64,000 nucleotides of DNA, taken from Phoronis australis (taxonomy: Eukaryota > Animalia > Phoronida). A program made the position numbers and the translations under genes. Below are positions 52,546 through 64,000 of the stretch, in pieces. Each line of letters begins with the position of its first letter. Position 1 is the stretch's first letter. Location of the stretch: contig NMRA01000399.1 in assembly GCA_002633005.1 (NCBI GenBank), positions 355,611-419,610 on the forward strand. The letters are read 5' to 3'. The notes under the pieces were generated by a model. It ran no database searches and had not been told where the DNA came from. It worked only from the letters and a program-made list of their open reading frames with translations.

Positions 52546-53457
52546 TGTACTTAGCTTTACTGCTGTAATGGTTGCTGTGGTGAAATGTCTCCAATTTAGG
52601 GCACAATGTGATGTACTTAGCTTTACTGCTGTAATGGTTGGTGTGGTGACATGTCTCCAATTTAGTGCACAATGCGATGTACTTAGCTTTACTGCTGTAA
52701 TGGTTGGTGTGGTGAAATGTCTCCAATTTAGTGCACAATGTGGTGTACTTAGCTTTACTGCTGTAATGGTTGGTGTGGTGAAATGTCTCCAATAGCGGAT
52801 TTGCAGCGACGCCATATTGAAATTAGTTAAAATGGTGCATTGTGGGTGCTGTGGTCAGGATTCCGAAAGCGGCCATAGTAACAAGCATAATACGCGGTAT
52901 GAGCGCGAAGAAAACGTACGGCGGATACACTTGTTGTGTTCCTGGCTGCTTCAAAAACAACAAGAGAGATAAAAATCTGAGTTTGTATGTGTTCCCTGCA
53001 AACCAAGAACTTCGTGAAAAATGNNNNNNNNNNNNNNNNNNNNNNNNNNNNNNNNNNNNNNNNNNNNNNNNNNNNNNNNNNNCTTGCTTGGTATTATAAA
53101 GCAAAAAATGAAACATGGTTTTTAGTTTGCAAATCACTCCAAATGCACACACTATCCAGCCAGCTCAAGACATGCCTGACCACAAGCTATCCCATGAGCC
53201 TTCGCGAAGGAAGTAACTCGCACATGCGCAATGCGTAGTTCGTCTGCGCTGCAAATCCGCTATTTAGGGCACAATGTGATGTACTTAGCTTTACTGCTGT
53301 AATGGTTGGTGTGGTGAAATGTCTCCAATTTAGTGCACAATGTGGTTTACTGCTGTAATGGTTGGTGTGGTGAAATGTCTCCAATTTAGTGCACAATGTG
53401 GTTTACTGCTGTAATGGTTGCTGTGGTGACATGTCTCCAATTTAGTGCACAATGTGG
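52546..53457. repeat. 66-bp minisatellite split by a transposon at 52794-53261
   Basis: Unit gtacttagctttactgctgtaatggttggtgtggtgaaatgtctccaatttagtgcacaatgtgat on both sides of the insertion. Confidence 0.93.
52794..53261 (+). mobile_element. THAP-bearing TIR transposon (ISL2EU/Spy-like), interior N-gap 53024-53082
   Basis: Perfect TIR AGCGGATTTGCAGCG / CGCTGCAAATCCGCT flanked by AT; intact THAP start [41 protein letters not shown]. Confidence 0.85.
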
Positions 53458-54229
53458 TAGAAAGTGGGATGTTATTTTCAGTTTATATCAGATTTGTAAC
53501 ACCAAATCAACACTTTTCCGTGTTCAAGCTATGTACCGTAGCTATCAATGGACAATATTTTGAAAAATTGTGGTCATTCGCAACCATGTTAGCCCTTGAA
53601 TAAATAAAAAAGAATACTTTTGGCAATTGTTTTTGTCCAAACTTGGTTAGATTTTATCTAGTCATTTGGTTTTACAAATACATAGAACACTTCACATTAT
53701 GTAACGGAAAAACGACATCCTTGTATACAAAGTATTGCCATCAAAAATGAAATTTTAATGTCACACAACTGTGCATGTCACACAAAGGTTAGTGCGTCAG
53801 AGCACTTATTGACTCACCTCTTTTGTGTGTCAGAATGTGACAATAAACCTCTCAGCTCAACTCACTAATTGACATACCAGTGATTAGGGCTGTCTACCTA
53901 ATGATGACTTACCAGAGTTGTTTTTGCTATAAAAATGATGTTTTGTTCTGGCTCCTGAACATTTTTGATTGATAGTTGAGATATTTTATATTTACTTTGA
54001 AAATGGAAGACTTGTTTTTACGGGCTCCTTATATCTGATTGAAGTGTTGATGAAAAGTGAATGTTTATCGTCTGTAACACATGTGGTAATGAACATCACA
54101 GTTAGCACTAATGTTATTTCTGATTATGCAAAAACACCATTTTCCACCAAAATTCCTCCCATGTTATCAAGTTAAGTGAGCATGCATGTCTGGTGAAAAA
54201 ATCAGGAATCAGATGAAAAAAAAAACAAT

Positions 54230-54466
54230 GTTGAATATACCAAGGGAAACACTTTACAGTTGAATATACCAAGGGAAACACTTTACAGTTGAATATACCA
54301 AGGGAAACACTTTACAGTTGAATATATACCAAGTGAAACACTTTACAGTTGAATATACCAAGGGAAACACTTTACAGTTGAATATACCAAGGGAAACACT
54401 TTACAGTTGAATATATACCAAGTGAAACACTTTACAGTTGAATATACCAAGTGAAACACTTTACAA
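54230..54466. repeat. 29-bp minisatellite (gttgaatataccaagggaaacactttaca), ~8 copies
   Basis: Directly visible. Confidence 0.93.
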
Positions 54467-55705
54467 CTCATTAAGCACCATTAAATGTTGACATTATCTA
54501 GATGGACCTCTATGTTGTCTACATGAACTGAATTGTTCCAGATGTTTACCACCATGTGAACATTAGCTTGAACCTGAAGTTTTACCCTGATGACCTGAGG
54601 TTGTAGGTACAAATAAACATTTTTTTAGATTGAGGTGTTTTTGATGTGTAAACAATTACTTAATATAGATAACATTAAAATTTTATTACACGGAAAATGA
54701 GTGGTACAAGATAAGATGGAAAAACTCCAATTTGATGGTGATGGAACTTTTGATTAGGATTTTTTGTGCATATTTAAGCTCACAAACCAATTTTCTAAAT
54801 AATGCTTTTAAAAATTCATTTTTAGTAAAACATTACCCATAATTCTGGGTGTAGGCGTCACAAAGTGTGCAACTGGTCACAAAGTGTGCAACTAGTCACA
54901 AAGTACGATCACAAAAGACGTTGCGTCTAAGAACTGTTCCTAACTAATTGCCACACAAAAAGTAGTAGGCTTACTTTATGTCCGTATACTACTGCTAGGC
55001 AAACCCTTTTGCCCGCCATACCCAAGTGGTGATTGAATCGATACAGGACTATGTTCTGGTGAAAAAAGAAAATCACGAAATGATCCTGCAAAATCGCGGA
55101 AGTGAGTGGTGAGTCTTTCGCGAGTTACCAGAGAGTTTTACTTACGTACACGAGCAAAATGGCTACAAGTGAAATGATTTGTCGGCTGGAATGTTGAACT
55201 ATGGGAGTAAAGTGTTAATATAAACGGCGTTTCCGTTCCTTACGTGAAGATTTCTCACCTCAAGGTGTCTAGTAAATGCTCAGCGTTTACGGAAGGTGCA
55301 CCAGTTATACATGTACGTTGCGACCACTGTTGAAATAACTATATTTTCATGCAGAAAGCATTTAGTCTCGGAAAGCACTTGCCCATTTATTTCCGTAGCT
55401 AAAACACACTGCTCTCGTCATTTGTTGCTGTTTTGTGACGTTCGCTTGAAGTTGGTTTACCGGAAACAAGTTTCCAATCTATCCATAAATATTGATAATT
55501 CAAATCAGTTGGTGTTTCATTCAAATATCTTTTATAACTATAAATTTTACTTTGACAACCATCGATGAGCTCTTGTTAGACTATGGGTCAGCTTGGCAAC
55601 ACTTTAATAAGGGCATATGAAAACGCTAAGATGAAATATAAATGAAGTGAAAACAGCTTACGTAAGCAAGTCACGCAAGCATAAATCTCTTCCATTAATT
55701 TTTAG

Positions 55706-55813
55706 GGTAAACCCGGAGATCCTGGTTACCCTGGCAACGAAGGACCGCAAGGACAGAAGGGTGACCCCGGCGTAGCCGGCTCAGCTGGTGTAGACGGCAG
55801 AGACGGAGAAACG
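55706..55813 (+). CDS. Collagen triple-helix exon (108 nt)
   Basis: tttag|GKPGDPGYPGNEGPQGQKGDPGVAGSAGVDGRDGET|gtaagc; 12 perfect Gly-X-Y, phase 0/0. Confidence 0.88.
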
Positions 55814-56062
55814 GTAAGCATTCTCAGTACAGGAGTTGGTCGCTGTTCATCTTAAAGGGATATGATAGGTTTTACACCTTTTGGGAATTATTGGTGGATA
55901 GGGTGAACTTGTTGCACTAATTAACTTCTTGCATTAATTAGCTTTGACCAAAGTTATAAAACAAGAAAATCCGTTGCGTTTTCATGATTGCAAATCTCCA
56001 ATTCTCGCAATGGTCGAAAATATTGCAATTCTCGCCAGTTAAGCACCCTTCAAGACTCTGTC

Positions 56063-56145
56063 GTTCGTCTAGTGGGGTTAAGCTCACCCAGTAAAGATTT
56101 GCACTGCGACAGCGCGGTGGCTTGAGTTCAATTGCACGTTGGGGC
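56063..56145 (+). mobile_element. Degenerate tRNA-derived SINE head
   Basis: A-box-like TCGTCTAGTGG and B-box-like GAGTTCAATTGC at tRNA-like spacing; no full cloverleaf. Confidence 0.3.
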
Positions 56146-56700
56146 TGATCTCGGAAAACCACTTTTCTCTTCGATAATGTTGTTTTAACCCAAATGTATT
56201 GACTGTGTTAGTTGAATTGACGTCAGTTTCCGGTTCCGAGATTGGCTGTAAATAAAGGAATTTACAATTTCTATTTTCATGAATAACACCAGAAATTTTT
56301 ATTGACGTAGGAGCGCTTCCTGCAAGTTACGTAATTTTATGAAATAGTTGTTATACAACAATGACCACGCCTGCATCCTTCTTGACTGCATTAAAATGAA
56401 GCCTCACAGTCATCCCGTGACCTAATCGCTCTGAAACCGATGTCCTGGGTTTAACCAAACAACTCACATTGAACGATTCCACTTAAAACCAAGCGAAAGT
56501 GGCGACGCAGTGGTTAACTGAACAAAGCCAGTTTATGTTTGGCATATGTCCCGAATTGTTAACAATTATTCTAGTACATAATATGAAGTGATAAATAGGT
56601 ATATATACATTGTGTGGAAGATGAATTATCTCTGGAAACATGAACATGAAAATGAAAGTATTTTGCAGGTATATCATTGTCGCTTTTGCGTTTGTTTTAG

Positions 56701-56808
56701 GGTGTACGCGGTCCACCGGGACCCAAAGGTGATTCGGGTTCTCAAGGTCTGCAGGGCCCTGCAGGAGAGCGCGGTGTAAGGGGTGAGGACGGACAGAAAG
56801 GAGAGGAC
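56701..56808 (+). CDS. Collagen triple-helix exon (108 nt)
   Basis: ttttag|GVRGPPGPKGDSGSQGLQGPAGERGVRGEDGQKGED|gtaagt. Confidence 0.9.
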
Positions 56809-57340
56809 GTAAGTTCAAAGAGGCTTTTATGTGCACATTATTAAAGGCTTGGAAGTACTAGCCTATCTACATTGCTAGAGGCTTTCTCGCAAAAAGTTCT
56901 CGAAGTTTGGGGATATTTTTTAATTATTTATCAAAAATTCAGCAAACATTTTTTCTAGGAAGTCCTAGGTAAATCATTGCACACAGCTTGTTTACGCGGA
57001 TAACAAATCGGATTGTGTTTTGATGTTATAGTTGCTTCCAGAAATTTAATAATTCTATATCTGTATACTTTCTTTGTCCCAAATCGCCATTTTTCGAACT
57101 AACACTTCTCCTCTTTGAGGTGTGTGTCGTATTTTGTTTTTCGTTCAGTAACTTTTTTTCAGAAATTCATTTTCTTATTATTTCTGCAAGCAAAAATGGC
57201 TCAAATCTTTAAAAATCATCACTATCTGCTTAGAATGAAATCGACATATTCTATTGCTTACTGCAGTATTCATTTTCCTCTTCGTTTACTCTCGAATTTT
57301 GTCACTGGGTCTTTTGTAAAACCTTGAATAATCATTTCAG

Positions 57341-57448
57341 GGTCCTATTGGTTACCCTGGTCCACCGGGCCCGGCCGGATACGTCGGACCCAAGGGTGAC
57401 AGAGGAAAACCAGGTAGCGATGGAAAGAACGGGAAAAGAGGACACGTG
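57341..57448 (+). CDS. Collagen triple-helix exon (108 nt)
   Basis: tttcag|GPIGYPGPPGPAGYVGPKGDRGKPGSDGKNGKRGHV|gtaaga. Confidence 0.9.
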
Positions 57449-57998
57449 GTAAGATTTTAAGTCGTTGCAAAGCATGTTTTGAGGTAGAAGACGTCAGCTT
57501 TTTTCATAGGCATATTTGCTCCTCCAAAGTATCGTTATCGCGTTTATTTCCTGTGTTTGAATTGTTATCGGTTACGATAAATTACCCAGAATCCCCTGAC
57601 AGCCACACTGCCTTGATGACTGACACTAATTTGCCGTGACAAACAACTTCATCAATGCCGTGCGAAGCAGTAACCATTTGTGAGTTCTTCTCAAGCTTAG
57701 AACTAACTTCTAGTCTGAATAAGAAACAGGGTGAGACCCACTATGACCTAAATCAAAAGTTTATTTTGACAGAAGGGACCCCCTATAGGATTGCTCGATA
57801 ACAGAATATCATTTATGTACTTATGTGTAAACATCGAATACTAAAACTGTTCAGGCGTTTCATCAAAGAAATTTGCGCTGCAGGTTTTAGTTCAATTTGT
57901 GGAAGACACTAAATGAAATGGTATCAAAGTTCTCCTTCACACTCGAAGCTATTACATCATAAGTACAGTCCAGATAAACGCTTTATTTCTTCTCGCAG

Positions 57999-58160
57999 GG
58001 ACCGGCGGGACCTCAAGGCGAGCAAGGTTTGCCCGGACCCCCGGGCAAGTCAGGTCAACCTGGCGTCCCGGGCTTACAAGGTAACGACGGGGAACCGGGA
58101 GATAAGGGCGACACGGGAACGCGCGGTATACAAGGCGATATCGGAGTTCCAGGACCCCCT
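57999..58160 (+). CDS. Collagen triple-helix exon (162 nt)
   Basis: ctcgcag|[54 protein letters not shown]|gtaagt. Confidence 0.9.
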
Positions 58161-58873
58161 GTAAGTATAGCGGAGCATGTTTTTGTTGAGAGACGTAAAG
58201 GAAGGCGGCTATGTGGCAAACAGGGCGACATGCGAATACCACGTTGCCTGTGAGTATTGAGGAATATGTGATCATTTAGAGATACAAAGTATAACAGTTA
58301 TGTGCTAAACAGGGCGACGTGTGACTACAACATGGTTCTTACTTCACGATAACGTGCATTACACCAATAATTAACAAATGTCGTGTCCGTTTTCACAAGA
58401 ATCTGTGATCATGTGACTGACAGTTTCAGAGTATTTGCAGTAAATCGTGTGTTTCTACTGAAACGTCATAAAATGAAAACCACTTTTCTACTGAGAACCA
58501 AATTTAAGCGACTGCGAGACAGATCTAAGATGGTGCAGAGACGTGACCCAATCACAAATTTGAAAGGAAAACTCTTTCGGCTCCCCCATAACGGCGTGGC
58601 GGCGGCCTTTCTTGTTATTTTTGGTCGTGGGTCAGAGGGTAGGCACTCTTCCCCTTTCAAAGTCTGCCTATGCCTTGTACTTGGCAGGTGTTCCGCAGTT
58701 TTGGACGGTGCCTCACACGTGCACGACTTTGTTACGTATTGCAGTCTCCAAACACTCCGTTATTTATAAGCGACAAAACAAAACTACCTCAACAAAATAC
58801 AAAAAATACAAGTGCCGCTATGTTACGTCATACCATGTTATATGTGAAAAACAATGAACGCTTATTATTCTAG

Positions 58874-58918
58874 GGAGCAACTGGACCACCAGGACCTACA
58901 GGGTTACCAGGACAACCN
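58874..58918 (+). CDS. Collagen triple-helix exon (45 nt, or truncated at the N at 58918)
   Basis: ttctag|GATGPPGPTGLPGQP then N and a weak donor-like gtggct. Confidence 0.7.
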
Positions 58919-59159
58919 GTGGCTTGAAACTGAATATATGAAGCCTCCCATTAAAATTCTCTTGGAGATTTCGCCAGTTAGGTCCATGTCGAATTCAGTA
59001 GAAAAGATGAGTAGAAACCAACTTCAGTATTGATCAATCTGTGTGGATGTCACTTTCATGTTTTCAGTCATAGATGTGCATTGCCTCTCATCCACATTCA
59101 GTTTCATTCAGATGTTTAGACAGGCTTGCAATGTTCTGAGAATGAGTTATTTGTTGACA

Positions 59160-59656
59160 CCTTTCCTACTAACTTAACTCTGCTATGAGCGCCCAGGTTA
59201 GCTACCAAGTTAACTGATCCGTTCATTCCGGCTTTGGTAGTTAACGGACATCGAAGTAAACAGTAGGTGGCGCTCTCATCATAGAAGTAATTGCAACGTA
59301 GTGCTGATGTTTTGCATGCAAACTGAGAGTTTCGTAATTTGACAATGTGGCAGCATTTACATCTACTAATTGACATAAAACTTATTTCTACTTTGATTGG
59401 TGATTTTACTAGCGAACATGCTGAGGACACTGCCCTTTAATAACGATAACAGCCAGTTGCCCGTGGCCATCACTTCAATGGGACCAAAGTTGGCTGTTCA
59501 TACTGCACCGCAGTGTCTTCGCTTCACTGCTAAATCCACCTGGTTTCTGCAAAGTTAACTGGCGCTCTCAACTTCAATCCAGGACCGAAGTTAACCGTTC
59601 ATACTGACTACAACTCCTCCAAAACATCAGCACAAAACCTTAGTATGAAAGGCTGT
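59160..59656 (-). mobile_element. Diverged MITE, inverted copy of 60560-61064
   Basis: Colinear with the reverse complement of 60560-61064 (e.g. ttaactgatccgttcattccggctttggtagttaac; catactgcaccgcagtgtc; ends ttagtatgaaaggc). Confidence 0.7.
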
Positions 59657-60559
59657 TCTATACACAGACACAGTAGTTAGTCTATAAAAAGTGCCTTAGG
59701 TTTGTAGTACTAGAGTGTTTTGGTTTGAAACAGCCTGTGTAAACTCCCCTATGACCAATTTGGGTGCAGATTTCAGCCAGTTAATTTTTTAACATGTAAC
59801 GGGATCTTCAAGGTTAGCTTAAATATGTCTGATATGGTGATTTGGTACCCAGAGACTGCCTAATGTATATAGTACTGTGTAAACTCTCCAACTCCCCAGT
59901 AGNTACTCAGCTAGTTAGTTTTTAACTTGTGAAGCTGTGCTATATCTCCCAGGTTAGCCAAAGGTACACAGACTTAGCATTGTGGTCCATAAAAATTGCC
60001 CTAGGAAAGTAGTACCAGAGTGGTCCTATGGAGTCTCTGTAAACTGTTCAATGGTTAATTCTCCAGTGGCTGTTTAACCAAATGGTTTGTGCATTGATGT
60101 ATTCCCACGGCACCAATATTTCCCTGTTGTAATGCATGATGAGCCTCAATTGGCAGTAACGGTGATTGAGCGAACAACTCAATTCAATTACCACAGCTCT
60201 ATCCACGCAGTCAGGCAATGATGAACTCAACATACTAACAGTTCTGCTGCTGTCTGTCAACCGATAGTTGTAGCTCAGCTGGCCTAGCTGACTTGTGGAT
60301 GAGAGATGTTAGTATTTCCACGTATATTGGTCTTGAAAAATACAGTAAACATTCTACTGTTTGGAACATTTGGTAACAGTAGGAACACCGAAATTCAAGC
60401 CAATTGAATTTTCTTGATTTTGAAGTTTGGGACCTGGGGATTTGGGGCATTTGTCATATTTCTGGAATATCCAACACTGCGCTTAGTATCAACAGATTGC
60501 AGGTAGACTTGGCTGTTCGTAAAATAGCTGACAATGCAACATATTGCTGCATTCCCATA

Positions 60560-61064
60560 AGGGCCTTTCATACTAACGTCGAGGCGTCGATGTTTGGGGA
60601 GTTGCGGTCAGTATGAACGCTTAACTCCAGTCCTGGATCGCAGTTAACAGCCCCAGTTAACTTCTCAGTGAACAGGTGGATTTAAGACCACAGCGTCGAC
60701 ACTGCGGTGCAGTAAGAATGGTTAACTTTGGTCCAGTCGAAGTTATCGCCAGGTGCCACTGTTATCGTCAACAGTTTCAAGGTAGTGCCATCACTATTAG
60801 CTGCTTATATTTTGCTTTAATAATAACCAATCGATTTAAAAATAAGTTTAATGTCACTTAGCCCATGCAAATATTTCCAAATTTAAAATTGAAAAAAATG
60901 TTAACGTGCAACGCTACATTGCGATAACTTCGATGACGACAGCGGCACCAACCGCTTACGTCGATGTTCATTAGCTACCGAAGCCAGTATGAACGGTCCA
61001 ATTAACTGCGCTGTTTACGCCGACGCTCTGCTCAGACCAGAGTTAAGCTAATATGAAAGGGCCT
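60560..61064 (+). mobile_element. PIF/Harbinger-like MITE
   Basis: TIR AGGGCCTTTCATA / TATGAAAGGGCCT with TA(A)/T(T)A flanks; internal gtatgaacg/ttaact repeats. Confidence 0.7.
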
Positions 61065-61739
61065 TAGAGTACAACATAGAGGTGTGTGATTATTGTTGAT
61101 CACTATTCTTGAATGTGGGATGGCTAATGTTGTGTATTTATAAAATTTGGCACGGGCTCCAACATTGAAGGAAATATTAATTAATTTTTCACTGTCCTAA
61201 ACTGGAGACTTCATACATAGTCATTGATTAGGGAAAGGTTTCTGGTCACAAAAATATGTGGACAGGTTTTTAACATGCTTAGAGGGTGGAAGCTTCCAAC
61301 TGGAATTGTTTTTCTCTATTTTTCTAAACTATTCCCTAAGTGTATTGTATGGTGGAAATTCTTTAGTTTGCGTCATAATGTGACTGAAAAGTGGAAATTT
61401 AGTTTGTGAAATTCTCACCAAAAATTAGTATTACGAAATTTGTACTTTATTATTAACATGGTTTTCACTGGCAGCAAACAGTGCTTGGAAAAAGACTATA
61501 TTAGCAAACATTTTTGTCCAAATTGAATAATTTTTCTGTTTATTTCAGCAAAAAATATGTATCTCATTAAAGTGAACAAACTTTTGAAGCTAGAATTTTT
61601 GGCTGAGGTCTTTTGTGATTTTCTCTTTTTCAAAACTTTTCATGACTTTCGATGACATCTTTGAAAAGGAGCAAATGAGACATACTTTTTGAATTTTATT
61701 AGCAAATCTCATATAGTGCAGGAAATAATATTTTGAGCT

Positions 61740-62140
61740 GTAAACATGGCTGTTGTGTTGTGGTAGTTGTTTTGATAGGTCACCATAGATAGATTAATCA
61801 GTGTCCTGATTGGTAGTGTGTTGATGAATGAGAGGATAAGTGGTCACATGTCACTTGACCCTTCCCTTCAACTGAACCTGCATTGTCTCCTGAATGGTAT
61901 TCTTGGTATAGTTGGTATAGTGAAAAAATAATTATTTTCACAATGGTAGAGCTTTTTCCAAATTTTAGAAGTATGCAACATTGGCCCATCCTAAATTCAA
62001 GGACTACAATCAACGGCAAATTACCTTTCACCTGGATGTTAGACAAAATGGGGATGCATGACATCATTGCGTTGACGGCCAAGTCTACTTTCAGACTCTC
62101 TCCACACACAACTCATTGCCTTGACCAACATGAGGAATGA
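61740..62140 (+). mobile_element. Highly degraded pogo/DDE_1-like transposase relic
   Basis: FRLSPHTTHCL resembles the LPPHTTH..QPLD motif; otherwise broken. Confidence 0.3.
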
Positions 62141-62764
62141 CAAGAATCTAGAATATTAGATTTCAGATGGAATTTCATTGTCCCAAATTTTAGGGACTGT
62201 TCAAACTGTAGAATTTTTCTGTGAGTGCTTTCACAGTGACTACTCTGGTCACAAATTACCTTCACAAATCAGAATTTCAAGCAAGGAGACTGGGTAAAGT
62301 TCGAATCAATATTATAATAATATGTAACTTGATTTAAGGTTATTTAATTCTCTAGGGTTCAATTAAAGTGTTAGGTATGCAGTAGTTGTGGAGCATCGTG
62401 GAACGATCAGTCCTGGAAAACAATGTTTTAGTAATGGAATATGAAAACAGTGTGAGTGGAAACTGTCCACTGGACATGTCCAGATGACGTGTCATGACGT
62501 GTCATCAGTAGTCGATCTCCCTGATTCTACTACTGCTGTTTTGTATTGCAAGGATTAATTTTTCAAAAATTGTCCCCTAATGCCCTCGTTATGGTTCAAT
62601 CTGTGTCGGTAATGAGGCGAAGAACTCGAGATAAGATATTGATCTCATGATAAGCTAAAGTATAATCTGGAAAAAAACTAACATGAAGCTGGTTAGATGT
62701 TATTGGTAGCTTAACTTTGTTTATTGGCATCCTCGGCTTCTGATCGGCCCCAATCTATATATAA

Positions 62765-63000
62765 CAGGGCTCGACATAACGAGCTGCAGGTCGCATTTGG
62801 AAATGCGAGCTGAGATTTTGGCCAACTTGCATTAAGTCACAAAATGCGACCTGGAATTTCCAACGTATACGAGCTGAGTTTTTAAACGTTGCGGCAGATA
62901 CATGGGAAATGTTGAGCAACTCGGGTGATTCCGACCGTTATTTGGTTGTTGCCAAATCAAGTTCAAAAGGACACTCATTGAGGAAAGCACTCCCGATGAC
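62765..63000. mobile_element. Probable left end of a hAT-like element (right end not identified)
   Basis: CAGGGCTCGAC terminus followed by repeated tgcgagct/tgcgacct subterminal motifs and a return of CpG-rich sequence. Confidence 0.45.
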
Positions 63001-64000
63001 TTGTAAACATGTCGCATGAACAAGGAAATGCAGAATTCTTCTTTGACACATTTTATTGACCAATACTTTCGGCTTTTTGCAAATTTCCGGATGTGCCAAA
63101 GAAAGTTTCGGTACTTGGAATAACACGTGATAATACGTCAGAAAGCAGCGGTGTTTCTACTAATTCTTAAACAATGAACTTACTAAGCTTAGTGGTGGAA
63201 AAACATTTATTGTTCATGTAAGGTGTCCTTAATATCAAATTACGGCAACACCCACGACAATATGCCTGATCGCACTGCGGCACTGGTTGGTTCCACTGTT
63301 AGCGCAGGAAAGCGGTCCCGGTAGACGATCGTCGTGACTTGGAAAAATGCGTCTCGTTTTTTATTGCGAAAGACAGCCCTCTTGGAAAGCAGTGCTATCA
63401 CTGAAGAGGCCACCCTCATTTTAAATATCACAATAAATAAGCAAATGTGAAAATGACATCCGAATTAATCGCCAAGCGACGGGCATGCTTTAGGCAGAAT
63501 AGTAGAAACCCGCACCGTTGGAAATCAGGCTTTTTATTTCATGAAAAACTAATTGACTATGTACCGGTAAACAGCATAAGTCCAACATTTTTTGTTGTGA
63601 AATTTGCAATGAATTGTTTCAGGGTATCAATACCTCATTTAGCGAGTAGGGCATTGTTTCACGAATTTCTTCCAACAGGATGTTTTTACAAACGTCAAGT
63701 TGAAAAGTTTGGCCTGCGAACAAATGGAAGGAATTTGCACTCAGAGTTATCAATCTTTGGATCTTTAACGACTTTGATGACAGTCAAATAGCAAGTCAGT
63801 CCTAGAAAAGTCCCCCATACTTTTTCAAGGAGTATTTTCTCCTTTTTCACATTGTACACTTACCTAATCGAATGCATGTGTGGGTTAGAGAGCACTGATT
63901 TAACTTTCACGTCGGCAACTGCCTTGTGCTCCATGGTCTTTCACCAGATGGCGCCAGTGATGAACGGTAACGGGGTGCATGCATGGTATGCTTGTAACAA

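Noticed and set aside
29647-54466. 29-39-bp repeat arrays as possible CRISPR arrays
   Set aside because: Head-to-tail repeats with no unique spacers, no cas genes, eukaryotic context.

Overview
Animal (invertebrate-like, AT-rich, repeat-rich) genomic DNA with three N-gaps and several single-N joins. Genes on the + strand: (1) a complete 4-exon cathepsin L-like papain-family protease (8027-12707, 324 aa); (2) a TRPV-like ankyrin/6TM channel whose coding region is one long exon (~22401-24302); (3) the first two coding exons of NOS1AP/CAPON (37535-37639 and 50413-50484), with exon 3 not found in the window; (4) five orphan Gly-X-Y collagen exons (108/108/108/162/45 nt, 55706-58918) lying on the same strand inside presumed NOS1AP intron 2, in a block whose CpG content differs from its surroundings. 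The rest is mostly transposon debris: CR1/L2-group and other LINE relics, a family of hAT-like MITEs with 5-bp target duplications, two THAP-bearing ISL2EU/Spy-like elements, a Helentron/HINE-like element with ~435-bp internal repeats, nested pogo/hAT elements and many minisatellites. All assignments are from reading the sequence by eye; no database searches were run.
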